Shown one piece after another: positions 55,683 to 64,000 of a stretch of DNA of 64,000 nt. Source of the stretch: Candidatus Xenobia bacterium (lineage in GTDB: Bacteria > Vulcanimicrobiota > Xenobia > Xenobiales > QWHO01). The stretch covers positions 52,224 to 116,223 of the forward strand of contig BTUM01000017.1 of assembly GCA_045863235.1 (NCBI GenBank). The letters are read 5' to 3'. A program made the translations under genes and the position numbers. The notes beneath the pieces are model-generated. The model worked only from the letters and a program-made list of their open reading frames with translations. It was not told the DNA's origin and made no database searches. The number at the start of each line of letters is the position of its first letter. Position 1 is the first letter of the stretch.

Positions 55683-58600
55683 GAAGCTCCAGGCCACCCT
55701 GCTCGTCCAACCGCAGGCCCGTCCAGGACTCGGCCTGGAGGCGCAACACCTCGGCTGGCAGGTCGCCGTCCACCGTCAGGTCCCAGACATCCAGGCGAGC
55801 CGGACTTCTCCCACTGGAGGCCACCCTGACGAGCAACCGGTCACGCTCGGGAGTGAAAGCCGGCACACGATAGTGGGTGCCGGTCTCGGACGCGGCCAGG
55901 AACTGGTCCGGGCGAGTCAAGGGGCGCCCCGAGACCAGGTCCCACAGGCGAGCCGTCCTGCTATCCAGGGTGGCGGTAGCCAACCACGCCCCCTGAGCAT
56001 CGAAGGCCGACCAGTAGAGCCATTCCAGCCCAAGCGTCCGACCCACCGGGCGCGCCTCGAGGGGGCTCCAAAGTCGCACTCCAACCCCAAAGTGAGAAAC
56101 CAGCAGATCGGACGATTGCGGGCGGAAGTAGAGGACGTTCTGGGGGACCTGAGAGATGATGGGCGCACCCACCGGGCTCAAATCCGGCAGTCGAAGAGTT
56201 TTGATCGTGGGCCGAGCGCCCTGCCGATCGAGTCTGGTCGTGCCCGTGGCAAGCCAGGGATGAGCGTCGGAGAAGGCGGCCAGGGTAGCCGTCGAGCTGA
56301 GCAGCTCTTTGCGTGAAGCGAGATCCCAGAGCTTGAGCCCGTTGAACCCCGAGCCGACGGCATAGAGATAGCGGCCGGTGGGGTCGAAGTTGACCTCCTC
56401 GATCGGGTAGGGGTGTTGCAGAGGCTCGCCCAGGCGCTCTCCAGCCAGGCTCCAGAGGGTGACCGAGCCGTCCTGCGAGCAGGTCGCGTAGCTCTGGCCA
56501 TCGGCCGCAAAGGCAACGCCGGTGATGACCTGGGGCACGGTTACGGGCCGACCGACCGGCTTCCCCGTCGAGGCCGAGACCGGCTGGACCACCGTGCTGT
56601 CGGCATAGAGGGGCAACAGGGTCTGGGCATCCGGGCTGACCAGACAGAGCCGCAGCGAGCTCTCGGTCTTCCAGCGCGTAAGCACCCGATTGGTAGCCAG
56701 CTCGGTCACGGTCACCTGCCCCTGCTCCTGGGTGATGGCCAGGCGGTTATCGATCAGGCGCGGGTAGTTGGAGCTGGTCTGGATGCCGTTCAGGGAGAGG
56801 GCCGGGCGATTGCGCAACAGGCGGCTGATGTCATAGGTCTTGATACCATCGCCGATGCTGACCAGCAGCGACTCGTTCGTTTCGGAAAATCCCAGATCGT
56901 CGAGCGGCTCGAACAGCGAGATCGGCTCGCCCAGGCGCTCGACCGTGGTGGCAGAGAGACGGTAAATCTGAACGCTGGACTGAATCTCGGCACTTCCCGG
57001 CGGTCGGGGGTGCACGACCGCCACCAGACTCGAGTCCGGGCTGAACGAACAGTTGATCGCGGGCGCAGATGGAGGATTGGTGCAGGGAAACGTGCCCAGA
57101 CGAGTACCTTGCTGAAGATCGAAGAAGGTCACCTGGCTCTCGCCCACCACGGCCATCCACCTGCCATCCGGGCTCAAGCGAGCGGTCACGGCAGCGTGAC
57201 CGCTCTCAAGAAGCGTGGTGGCAGCGCGTCCCGTCGCAGAGTCGAAAAACTCCACCGCACCCTGCCGGGAGACCGAGACCAGAACCTTGTCCGCGCTCGC
57301 GAAACAGAGAGTAACGGGGTCGCGCAGGTCGAGCTCGAGGTCGGACTTGCCGGGGCCGGCCAGCACCACCCGGGGCCCGTTCGAGAAGGCCACCAGCGAG
57401 CCATCCGAACTGACGGCGGCGACCGGGCTGGTGGTTTTGCGCGACAGCAGAGAACGGGCTGAGCCGGCGTCGAGCAGATCGAGCTCTTCATCAGCCACCC
57501 GCAGCAGGCGACGGCTGTCAGAAGAGAAAGCCAGCCAATCGACCCCGTGGAGCATCTTCTGTCCCCGCACGACGTCCCGGCCACTCGCCACATCAAAGAG
57601 CGAGAACTCGGCAGCCCCAGCGAGTGAGCCCCGGCGCCCGGCCGCCAATCGGCTCCCGTCCGGGCTGAGGGCCAGCACGGGGCCGGCATCGATGGCGTAT
57701 TTGATGGGGGGACCCAGAGGACGGTTGCCGGCCTCGAGCACGCTCAGATCCAGGTTGCGGCGCCAGACCACCTGGAAGCGTCCGTGCTGCTCGACGTCAC
57801 TGTCCATCATCTCGCCCAGGTCGCGAAACTCGATGAGACGAACGGGCCAATTCTTGAGAATCAGCAGATACCTGGGGTCGCCCGGCTGGCGTCCGGCAGC
57901 CCGGGCGTACCACAGGGCGGCGGTCTGGGATTGACCGCTGTCGGCCAGGGCCAGGCCCTGGTCATACTCCAACCGGGCCAGCAGGTCCTGAGAGCGGTTG
58001 TTCGCCGCCACCGCCTGGTTGCGCGAGGAGACCACCGTGGCAAAAGACCACCCCAGCCCCACCAGCAGGGCGCAGGCCAGGCTGACGGCCACCAGGTTGC
58101 GGCGCAAGAACCGGACGGAGCGGTAACCCAGCGACCAGGGCTGCCGACACACCAGGGGCTGGTGACGGCGCCGGCGGCGGAAGTCCTCCAGGATGTCGGT
58201 GGTGGTGGCCGTCCGCTGGGCGGGCTCGGACTCCAGGCAGCCTTCCACGATGTCGGCCAGATCCTGATCCAGGCCCTTGTTGAGCTGACGAAGAGGGGTC
58301 AGCGGCGTGGTCATCAGCTTCTCGCGATAAGCCGCGAGTCGCTGGGCAGGATCAGCGATGGTATAGAGCTGACTCAAATCCTCACGAGAGAGCCGGGGCA
58401 GCTCTCCGCTCAAGAGCCAGTAGGCGGTGGCTCCCAGCCCGTAGATGTCCCAGGAGACGTCAGGTAGGCCCTCGTTGACCAGCTGGGCTTGCTCGGGAGC
58501 CATCGTGCCCAGGGTTCCCAGCGTGGTCTCGCCCGACGTCCCGCGGCTGAGCGACTGGCCAAAGTCGGCCACCCGCACGCGTCCTTCCTGGTCGACCATG

Positions 58601-59124
58601 ATGTTGTTGGGCTTGAGATCGCAGTGCAACAGCCCCTTGCCGTGGGTGTAATGCAGGGCCTGGGTCATCTGCTCGATCCAGGCGGCGGCCTGCTCGCGCC
58701 CGGGCCGCCCTTGAGAACGGCAGCGGTGGGCCAGGGAATCGGGCAAGAGAGGCATGACGAAGTAGGGTGGGTCGTGCGTGAGGTCGGCATCGAGCAAGGT
58801 GACCACGTAGGGATGCTCGGATACCCGTCGCAGGCGGTCGACCTCGTGCCGGAAGTAGAGCCAGTCAATCCCAGACTCGCGCGCAAACAACTTGATGGCC
58901 ACTTCCAGGCCGGTGCGATCCTGCACTCCGGCCCACACTTGCCCGAAGGTCCCGGCTCCCAGGGGCCGCTGCAGAGTATAGCCGGGAATGCTGGGGGTGG
59001 CATCGACTGACTGCTCGGGACGCAAGGATTCGTCGGCAGCCCTCTGGCGCTGGTCGGGCGTGGCGGCCTCGGTTGCCGCTTCGGGAAAATCGGCCGTCGG
59101 GTCGGGACGGTCGGGAAGGCTCAA
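55582..59124 (-). CDS. Ser/Thr protein kinase with WD40 repeats
   Basis: LGAGTFGQV, VAIK, HCDLKPNN, DFG, MAPEQ; hydrophobic segment; many FS.DG/W blades. Confidence 0.92.
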   Translation of the reverse strand: MSLPDRPDPTADFPEAATEAATPDQRQRAADESLRPEQSVDATPSIPGYTLQRPLGAGTFGQVWAGVQDRTGLEVAIKLFARESGIDWLYFRHEVDRLRRVSEHPYVVTLLDADLTHDPPYFVMPLLPDSLAHRCRSQGRPGREQAAAWIEQMTQALHYTHGKGLLHCDLKPNNIMVDQEGRVRVADFGQSLSRGTSGETTLGTLGTMAPEQAQLVNEGLPDVSWDIYGLGATAYWLLSGELPRLSREDLSQLYTIADPAQRLAAYREKLMTTPLTPLRQLNKGLDQDLADIVEGCLESEPAQRTATTTDILEDFRRRRRHQPLVCRQPWSLGYRSVRFLRRNLVAVSLACALLVGLGWSFATVVSSRNQAVAANNRSQDLLARLEYDQGLALADSGQSQTAALWYARAAGRQPGDPRYLLILKNWPVRLIEFRDLGEMMDSDVEQHGRFQVVWRRNLDLSVLEAGNRPLGPPIKYAIDAGPVLALSPDGSRLAAGRRGSLAGAAEFSLFDVASGRDVVRGQKMLHGVDWLAFSSDSRRLLRVADEELDLLDAGSARSLLSRKTTSPVAAVSSDGSLVAFSNGPRVVLAGPGKSDLELDLRDPVTLCFASADKVLVSVSRQGAVEFFDSATGRAATTLLESGHAAVTARLSPDGRWMAVVGESQVTFFDLQQGTRLGTFPCTNPPSAPAINCSFSPDSSLVAVVHPRPPGSAEIQSSVQIYRLSATTVERLGEPISLFEPLDDLGFSETNESLLVSIGDGIKTYDISRLLRNRPALSLNGIQTSSNYPRLIDNRLAITQEQGQVTVTELATNRVLTRWKTESSLRLCLVSPDAQTLLPLYADSTVVQPVSASTGKPVGRPVTVPQVITGVAFAADGQSYATCSQDGSVTLWSLAGERLGEPLQHPYPIEEVNFDPTGRYLYAVGSGFNGLKLWDLASRKELLSSTATLAAFSDAHPWLATGTTRLDRQGARPTIKTLRLPDLSPVGAPIISQVPQNVLYFRPQSSDLLVSHFGVGVRLWSPLEARPVGRTLGLEWLYWSAFDAQGAWLATATLDSRTARLWDLVSGRPLTRPDQFLAASETGTHYRVPAFTPERDRLLVRVASSGRSPARLDVWDLTVDGDLPAEVLRLQAESWTGLRLDEQGGLELLNEAQWRQTTEHLQALLREHQAVCRHPRAAERP

Positions 59125-59438
59125 CGAACGCTCTCGTCGATCCAGCGCAGGTAGCCGGGGTTGCCCCCGACGATCGGCAAGGCGACCACCTCGGGGACAT
59201 CATAGGAGTGCAGCTCCTTGACCTTGTCGATCAGGCCCTGGAGATGCGTGCTCGTGGTCTTGGCGATCAGCAGGATCTCGCCCGCCTCCTCCACCTTGCC
59301 CATCCAGGAGTAAACCGAGGTGACCTCAGGCACCCGGCTGACGCAAGCGGCCAGTCCCGACTCCACCAGGCCGTAAGCCAGGTTGCGGGCTTCCTGGGGG
59401 GAAGAAGCCGTAATCAGGCAGACGCAGTACTCACTCAT
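59121..59438 (-). CDS. cutA: Divalent-cation tolerance protein CutA
   Basis: LVE..LAACV, S.YSW.GK, E....KT, LHSYDVPE, YL.WI. Confidence 0.95.
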   Translation of the reverse strand: MSEYCVCLITASSPQEARNLAYGLVESGLAACVSRVPEVTSVYSWMGKVEEAGEILLIAKTTSTHLQGLIDKVKELHSYDVPEVVALPIVGGNPGYLRWIDESVR

Positions 59439-59497
59439 GACGGTCCGCTTCGCCCGGGCGATCCGGGACCCTGCCGGACAGGGGCGCCGACCCGGGG

Positions 59498-61363
59498 GTG
59501 GAATCTTTCTCTGTGAACCGAGCCTCCTACAGCCAGCTCCTGGGCCTGAGCACGATGATCGGGCTTGTTTTCGTTGTCCTGGATCTGGTGTATCGGCTCG
59601 ACTCGGTACTGCGCTATCACTCTCCCCTGGAACTAGCGCTCAACGCCGTCTTTCCACTCTGCCTGATGCTGCTGGCGGCTCCCTGTCTGGCCGGCCTCGC
59701 CCGAGGCCTGGAGCGGTTGCGGCCAGGTGCAGGGCTTTTCGGCTTGTGGGTCGTTTTCGTCTATGTAAACGCGGTCTACTTTCGTCTCTGGCGCCTCACC
59801 GAGTCGCCCGAGCTGGGTGTCGTCACGACCAATCCCAACCGCCTCACGACCCTGGTCCTGGTGCTGTCCCTGGGAGCCTACTCCCTGGTGCGCCGGTGGT
59901 CGAGCGTGTCGAGTGAGGATTTGGGCCGGCTCGGCCTCTGGGCCATGCGCGGCCTCATCCCGTTCTGTCTTGTCGGACTGCTGGCCTCATCGTGGAGGAC
60001 CCCCGCAGCCGAGGCGAGCCCTGCGCAGATGGAGCGTCCCCATGTGTTGCTGGTCAGCTTTGATTCGCTGGCCAGCTCGCACATGTCTCTCTACGGCTAT
60101 GAGCGACCCACCACGCCCTTCCTCGAGCAGTGGGGCAAGAGCAGTTTCGTGTTCGACAAGATGGTCAGCAACACCAACTATACCCACGTCACCCTGGTCT
60201 CACTGCTCGGAAGGCTCCCCCGGGGCACCGGCACCCATCCAGACGGGAAGAACCCTCTCCCCCTGGTGCTCAAGCAGGCCGGCTACGAGTGCCACTACTT
60301 TACCCACAGCTTCCCTCCCCCATCCTTTCGCCAGGGCTTCGACCAGGTGCACCTGATGCAATCGTTCCAGTTCGAGCCAGGCTACCGATGGCTGGCCTCG
60401 GTTTTCTCGCCCGATCACCTCGAGTGGCTGACCGACTTCCTCTCGCACGATCAGCGGTTCTACAACCTGTGGGCCGACCGCGACCCGCGCGACCTGGGCG
60501 GCTATCGTTTCCAGCCGTTCCCCACCGAGGACTACTTCAGCCAGGCAGTCGAGTTGCTCGCGCACGCTCGCAAGCCCATGTTCATCTGGATCCACGCCTG
60601 GGAGCCTCACAATCCCTACGTCGTGCCCCGCCCCTGGCTCTATGCTTTCGGACCCTCCCTGGTGGATCGATACGACGGCGCCGTTCGCTATTGCGACTCT
60701 CTGATGCGTTTTCTGGTCAGCGACCTGGAGCGCCAGGGATTGGTCCGGCGCACCCTGATCGCGGTGACCTCGGATCATGGCGAAGGGCACGGCGAGCGGG
60801 TCACCGACACCTTCAGTGGTGTCTTCCATTACGCCAACTGGGTCAATCCTGCCACCAGCCGCATTCCATTGATCATTCACATGCCCGAGCAGACTCATGG
60901 CGTGCGCATTCAAACTCCGTGCCAGAGCCTGGATGTTCCACCCACCCTGACTCAACTACTCGACCTGCCGACGCCCTCGGACTGGGAGGGAGAGTCGCTG
61001 GTGCCCTACACCCTGACTCCCGAGCGCATCAGTGAGCGTGCCCGCGTGGTGGCCCCGGTATCCTTCTATCTACGCCACACCAAATGCATGGACCGCCTGC
61101 CCCCTCACTGGTATCCCGATGGCACCAGGGAGATTTTCAACGGCTACCTGGGTCGCTACAGGGTCGTGTGGCAGCAACGCTATCGGCGAGAGGGGCGTTA
61201 CGCCCGCGAGCTGAAGAGTTTTGAGTTCCTGGGCCTGTACCGCGATGAGGGTCCGAACCTGGTCCGGGAGCCCGCTTCCAGGGCCTGGCTCGAAGCCTTT
61301 TTCCAGCGCCCGGAGCTGGCCTTGTTTCGGAACGGCCTGACCAGTTGGAAGGTCAGTCGCTGA
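59498..61363 (+). CDS. Membrane-anchored sulfatase/alkaline-phosphatase-superfamily protein
   Basis: ~5 TMs; HVLLVSFDSL, YGYERPTTP, H..EPH.PY, YDG.V.Y.D, TSDHGE, IPLI; Thr instead of CxPxR. Confidence 0.85.
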   Translation: MESFSVNRASYSQLLGLSTMIGLVFVVLDLVYRLDSVLRYHSPLELALNAVFPLCLMLLAAPCLAGLARGLERLRPGAGLFGLWVVFVYVNAVYFRLWRLTESPELGVVTTNPNRLTTLVLVLSLGAYSLVRRWSSVSSEDLGRLGLWAMRGLIPFCLVGLLASSWRTPAAEASPAQMERPHVLLVSFDSLASSHMSLYGYERPTTPFLEQWGKSSFVFDKMVSNTNYTHVTLVSLLGRLPRGTGTHPDGKNPLPLVLKQAGYECHYFTHSFPPPSFRQGFDQVHLMQSFQFEPGYRWLASVFSPDHLEWLTDFLSHDQRFYNLWADRDPRDLGGYRFQPFPTEDYFSQAVELLAHARKPMFIWIHAWEPHNPYVVPRPWLYAFGPSLVDRYDGAVRYCDSLMRFLVSDLERQGLVRRTLIAVTSDHGEGHGERVTDTFSGVFHYANWVNPATSRIPLIIHMPEQTHGVRIQTPCQSLDVPPTLTQLLDLPTPSDWEGESLVPYTLTPERISERARVVAPVSFYLRHTKCMDRLPPHWYPDGTREIFNGYLGRYRVVWQQRYRREGRYARELKSFEFLGLYRDEGPNLVREPASRAWLEAFFQRPELALFRNGLTSWKVSR

Positions 61364-61383
61364 GGGCCTCGAAAATCCAAAGC

Positions 61384-61608
61384 ATGTGGATTGCGCTCGT
61401 GCTCTTCTGCGTCGCCCCCGCGGTCGCCTACGTCGATCCTGGAACCACCGGGCTATTGTCCCAGATGGCTTACCTGATTTTCTACGGCATCCTGGCTACT
61501 TTCGGGCTTTTCTTCCGCCCCATCAAGAACGCCTGGAATCGCATCTTCAAGCCCAGGAAGCGCCCCGACAGTGGCCCAGCAAAGCCTGATACCACTCCAG
61601 CAGGCTGA
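61384..61608 (+). CDS. Small membrane protein with AY(I/V)DPG motif
   Basis: Signal-like N-terminus, AYVDPGT, TM helix, basic tail. Confidence 0.75.
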   Translation: MWIALVLFCVAPAVAYVDPGTTGLLSQMAYLIFYGILATFGLFFRPIKNAWNRIFKPRKRPDSGPAKPDTTPAG

Positions 61609-62980
61609 GTTCGACCCGGCCTCCTACATCGACCCCTACGGCCGGTTATTCCAGTTCGAAGGTCAGCTCTATCGCGGCATTCGCGCCGCCGGAGCGACGT
61701 TCTATGGTGAGCTGCTGGAAAACCCTCTCTTCCAGGGGCTGACCCGGGAGGGAAAGATCGTCGGCACGCGCCGCAGCGATTCCAGCCTGGAAGAGTTCGA
61801 GCTGGTGCTGGAGCACGACACCATCACCCCCCGCAGCTACTGCGTCGAGTGGCCACCCGAGATGCTTCAAGCAGCCGGCACGCTGACGCTGGAACTGGCC
61901 GAGGAACTGGCCCGCCAGGGCAAGACCCTGCAGGACGGCTCCCCCTACAACGTGCTCTTCCGGGGACCCCGGCCGGTGTTCGTGGACGTGGGCTCGATCT
62001 GTCCAGTGGAGGACAAGTTTCTCTGGCGACCCTACCAGCAGTTCTGCAACCTCTTCTTGTTCCCGCTCTACCTCTACGAGGCCGGCCTGCACTCCATCGC
62101 CCGGCCCTTCCTCTATGACTTCCTGCGGGGTGTCCCCTACGAGCTTTGCTACCGGCTGCTACCCTGGTTTCAGCGCTGGCGCCCGCAGACGCTGGCCCGC
62201 CTGAGCCTTCCCCTGGGTCTGGACCGGGCCATCAAGAAGCTGGGTCTGGAAGAGAAGCTGAAGAGCTCGTTGACGCGCCCCGTCGGACAGGAGGAGCGGG
62301 TGCGCTTCTTCAGCGGCTTGCGGCGCGACCTGACCAGCCTGCGACTCAAGCCGGCCCGCACCGCCTGGTCCGACTACCAGGAATGGCCTTCCTTTGATCA
62401 AGATGAGCAGTGGACCCTCAAACAGAGGGCCATCCGCGATGTGCTGCAGCGCTTACGGCCGACCAGCGTGCTGGACGTGGCCTGCAACCAGGGCTGGTAC
62501 TCGAACCTGGCGGCCCGGCAGGGGGCCCGGGTGATCGCGCTGGACCAAGACGAGAGCTGCGTCTCGCAGGTCTATCGCCGAGCTCGCCAGGAGGGCACCG
62601 ACATCCTGCCCCTGCGGGTGGACATCCTCCAGCCCCCGCCTGCCTTCGGCTGGAGGCTGAAGCAATTCAGCTCGTTCTTTCAGCGCGTCAAAGCCGACAT
62701 GGTCTTGGCGCTGGCCCTGATCCACCACCTCTGCCTGGCCCAGTGGCAGAGCTTCGAGCGGGTGGTGGAGCTGTTCGACGAATTCGAGCCAGGTACGCTG
62801 GTGCTCGAATTCGTCCCCGCCCAGGATGACCGGGCCCGACCGATGTGGGAGAGCAAGCCCGAGCCGGTCGACTGGTACCACCTCGAGGGCCTGCTGGAGG
62901 TGCTGGGACGCCGCTACCGCGAGCTCGAGGTGCTGGAGTCCTTCCCTGCCGGGCGCAAACTGATCGTAGCGACCCGCTGA
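61571..62980 (+). CDS. NoeA-like class I SAM-dependent methyltransferase
   Basis: SY.DP.G, SY..EW, L.D.S.YNV.F, F.D.GS, W..Y.QF, WSDY, VLDVACNQG, LALALIHHL, LEFV...D. Confidence 0.85.
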   Translation: MAQQSLIPLQQAEFDPASYIDPYGRLFQFEGQLYRGIRAAGATFYGELLENPLFQGLTREGKIVGTRRSDSSLEEFELVLEHDTITPRSYCVEWPPEMLQAAGTLTLELAEELARQGKTLQDGSPYNVLFRGPRPVFVDVGSICPVEDKFLWRPYQQFCNLFLFPLYLYEAGLHSIARPFLYDFLRGVPYELCYRLLPWFQRWRPQTLARLSLPLGLDRAIKKLGLEEKLKSSLTRPVGQEERVRFFSGLRRDLTSLRLKPARTAWSDYQEWPSFDQDEQWTLKQRAIRDVLQRLRPTSVLDVACNQGWYSNLAARQGARVIALDQDESCVSQVYRRARQEGTDILPLRVDILQPPPAFGWRLKQFSSFFQRVKADMVLALALIHHLCLAQWQSFERVVELFDEFEPGTLVLEFVPAQDDRARPMWESKPEPVDWYHLEGLLEVLGRRYRELEVLESFPAGRKLIVATR

Positions 62981-63119
62981 CTAGCAGGCTGATGCAAAGC
63001 CCTCTTCGAGCACTTTTGCACGCGCGTTGACCTGTTCAGAATTGGAACGCGCCAGAGTGTAGACAACCTGTTGAACGGCGCCGCGCCAATTCCTGAAGTG
63101 TTCAACGCGCGGCGCCTTA
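62981..63119. repeat. Repeat family A copy filling a convergent intergenic gap
   Basis: Shares modules with 16805-16894, 41398-41496 and 5477-5519. Confidence 0.85.
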
Positions 63120-63809
63120 GTGCTTCTCGAAGTCGATGTCGGTCCAGCGGACGGCCACATCGAGCAGGGCCTGCACGCCGTGCTCCTTCTCCAGGGTCGC
63201 GAACCAGCGGTAGCCGTCCCCGTAGGTAGGATCGCCGTTGCGACGGATGATGCTGGCCTGGCCGAAATTGCCCGCCCGGGTGAGCACCTGGTAGGCCACC
63301 CACTCGGCAAAGCCCTCGCAGAAGAGCTGACTGGTGGCGTCGGGGTCAGGGTGATGCTGGTACTGCCAGGCGTGCCCGAACTCGTGAGCCACGATTCCCA
63401 GCGCATCGGCCTTGGTCACGCCGTTGCTCACGTAGATGAGGCTCTTGTCGTCGTCGTAGAGCCCGTAGACCTCGCCACCTCCAAGATCAGAGAGCTGTTG
63501 CGGGCTCACCGCCTTGACTGTGACCGGATACTTCAGATCAAGCTTGCCATCGAAGGTGCGATGCAGCACGTGCTGGGTGTAATCGAGCAACTCTGCGCAA
63601 ACCTTGTCATCCACCCGACCTGCGCAGCCGCAGTTGGGCATGAAGCAGCCATTGCCCCGACAATCGCAGCCGGGGCAGGGCAGCAGGTTGGGAGGCGGGC
63701 GAACCCCCGAGGGCCGAGGAGGCTTGAGCGGCACCTCGATCGGCACCTCCTGAGCCCAGGCGGCGAGGGAGAGGAACAGGCAGAAAAGTGCGAAAAGTGC
63801 CCGGGACAT
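63117..63809 (-). CDS. Secreted HEXXH zinc metallopeptidase (DA1-like) with Cys-rich segment
   Basis: Signal peptide; CPGCDCRGNGC..C.C; AHEFGHAWQ, EGFAEWVAY, YGDGYR. Confidence 0.82.
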   Translation of the reverse strand: MSRALFALFCLFLSLAAWAQEVPIEVPLKPPRPSGVRPPPNLLPCPGCDCRGNGCFMPNCGCAGRVDDKVCAELLDYTQHVLHRTFDGKLDLKYPVTVKAVSPQQLSDLGGGEVYGLYDDDKSLIYVSNGVTKADALGIVAHEFGHAWQYQHHPDPDATSQLFCEGFAEWVAYQVLTRAGNFGQASIIRRNGDPTYGDGYRWFATLEKEHGVQALLDVAVRWTDIDFEKH

Positions 63810-63926
63810 CTTGAGAAGAATTCCGCCGCGCGCGGGCAAATGTCCTCCAAGAGGCCCCTTCCTGAGTACGCCGAAGTTCAACCTGTCATCAAGCCCTTCT
63901 GGGAGGGCCCGGGGAGGACGTCCACC

Positions 63927-64000
63927 ATGAAACGATTCCTGGTTTTCATTGCGCTGCTGCTGCTGGGAGCCGGCCCCCCCCTGGAGGCCAGCGGGCAGGC
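63927..64000 (+). CDS. 5' end of a secreted protein (truncated)
   Basis: GGAGG RBS; MKRFLVFIALLLLGAGPPLEA signal peptide. Confidence 0.6.
   Translation, partial: MKRFLVFIALLLLGAGPPLEASGQ

Noticed and set aside
2177..62092. Many long antisense or alternate-frame ORFs (e.g. 9194-10840, 47614-49683, 49951-51531, 38441-39967)
   Set aside because: They are shadow ORFs expected in high-GC DNA opposite well-supported genes and show no recognisable motifs.
1..64000. CRISPR array, tRNA, rRNA, IS transposase, integrase or prophage
   Set aside because: No regularly spaced repeat-spacer array, cloverleaf or relevant protein motifs were seen by eye; the repeats found are dispersed and intergenic.

Overview
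A 64-kb, GC-rich, gene-dense bacterial chromosomal segment. I found no CRISPR array, rRNA, tRNA, transposase or prophage. The core is a Terrabacteria-style rpsF-ssb-rplI-lonC-dnaB operon with a clean sigma70 promoter and an S6:S18-type leader, but without rpsR. Outer-membrane beta-barrels, lipoproteins and type IV pilin genes point to a diderm Terrabacterium, most plausibly Eremiobacterota/Vulcanimicrobiota (Xenobia-like); this assignment is inference, not a search result. Other content: three SPFH genes, a YgeY-type M20 hydrolase, xth, radical SAM enzymes, a NYN nuclease, an orphan TOPRIM protein, an L,D-transpeptidase, clostripain, pilM, a minor-pilin triad, a WD40 Ser/Thr kinase and a sulfatase/small protein/NoeA-like methyltransferase triad. 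The most unusual signals are five. (1) A 21-36 kb cohort of proteins has disordered, non-Sec N-terminal leaders, including two PlsC acyltransferases split by glycine-zipper helices, and two of these genes share a 34-bp upstream element: a candidate co-regulated secreted-effector set. (2) Two dispersed intergenic repeat families, one modular and REP/BIME-like and one a conserved two-hairpin element. (3) A membrane-anchored RGPP small ORF that may be a ribosome-arrest peptide. (4) Odd fusions: pilin leader + CreD-like membrane domain + zinc ribbon, and PAP2 + outer-membrane barrel. (5) The rpsR-less operon that keeps its S6:S18 leader. All family calls come from motif recognition by eye; no database searches were run.
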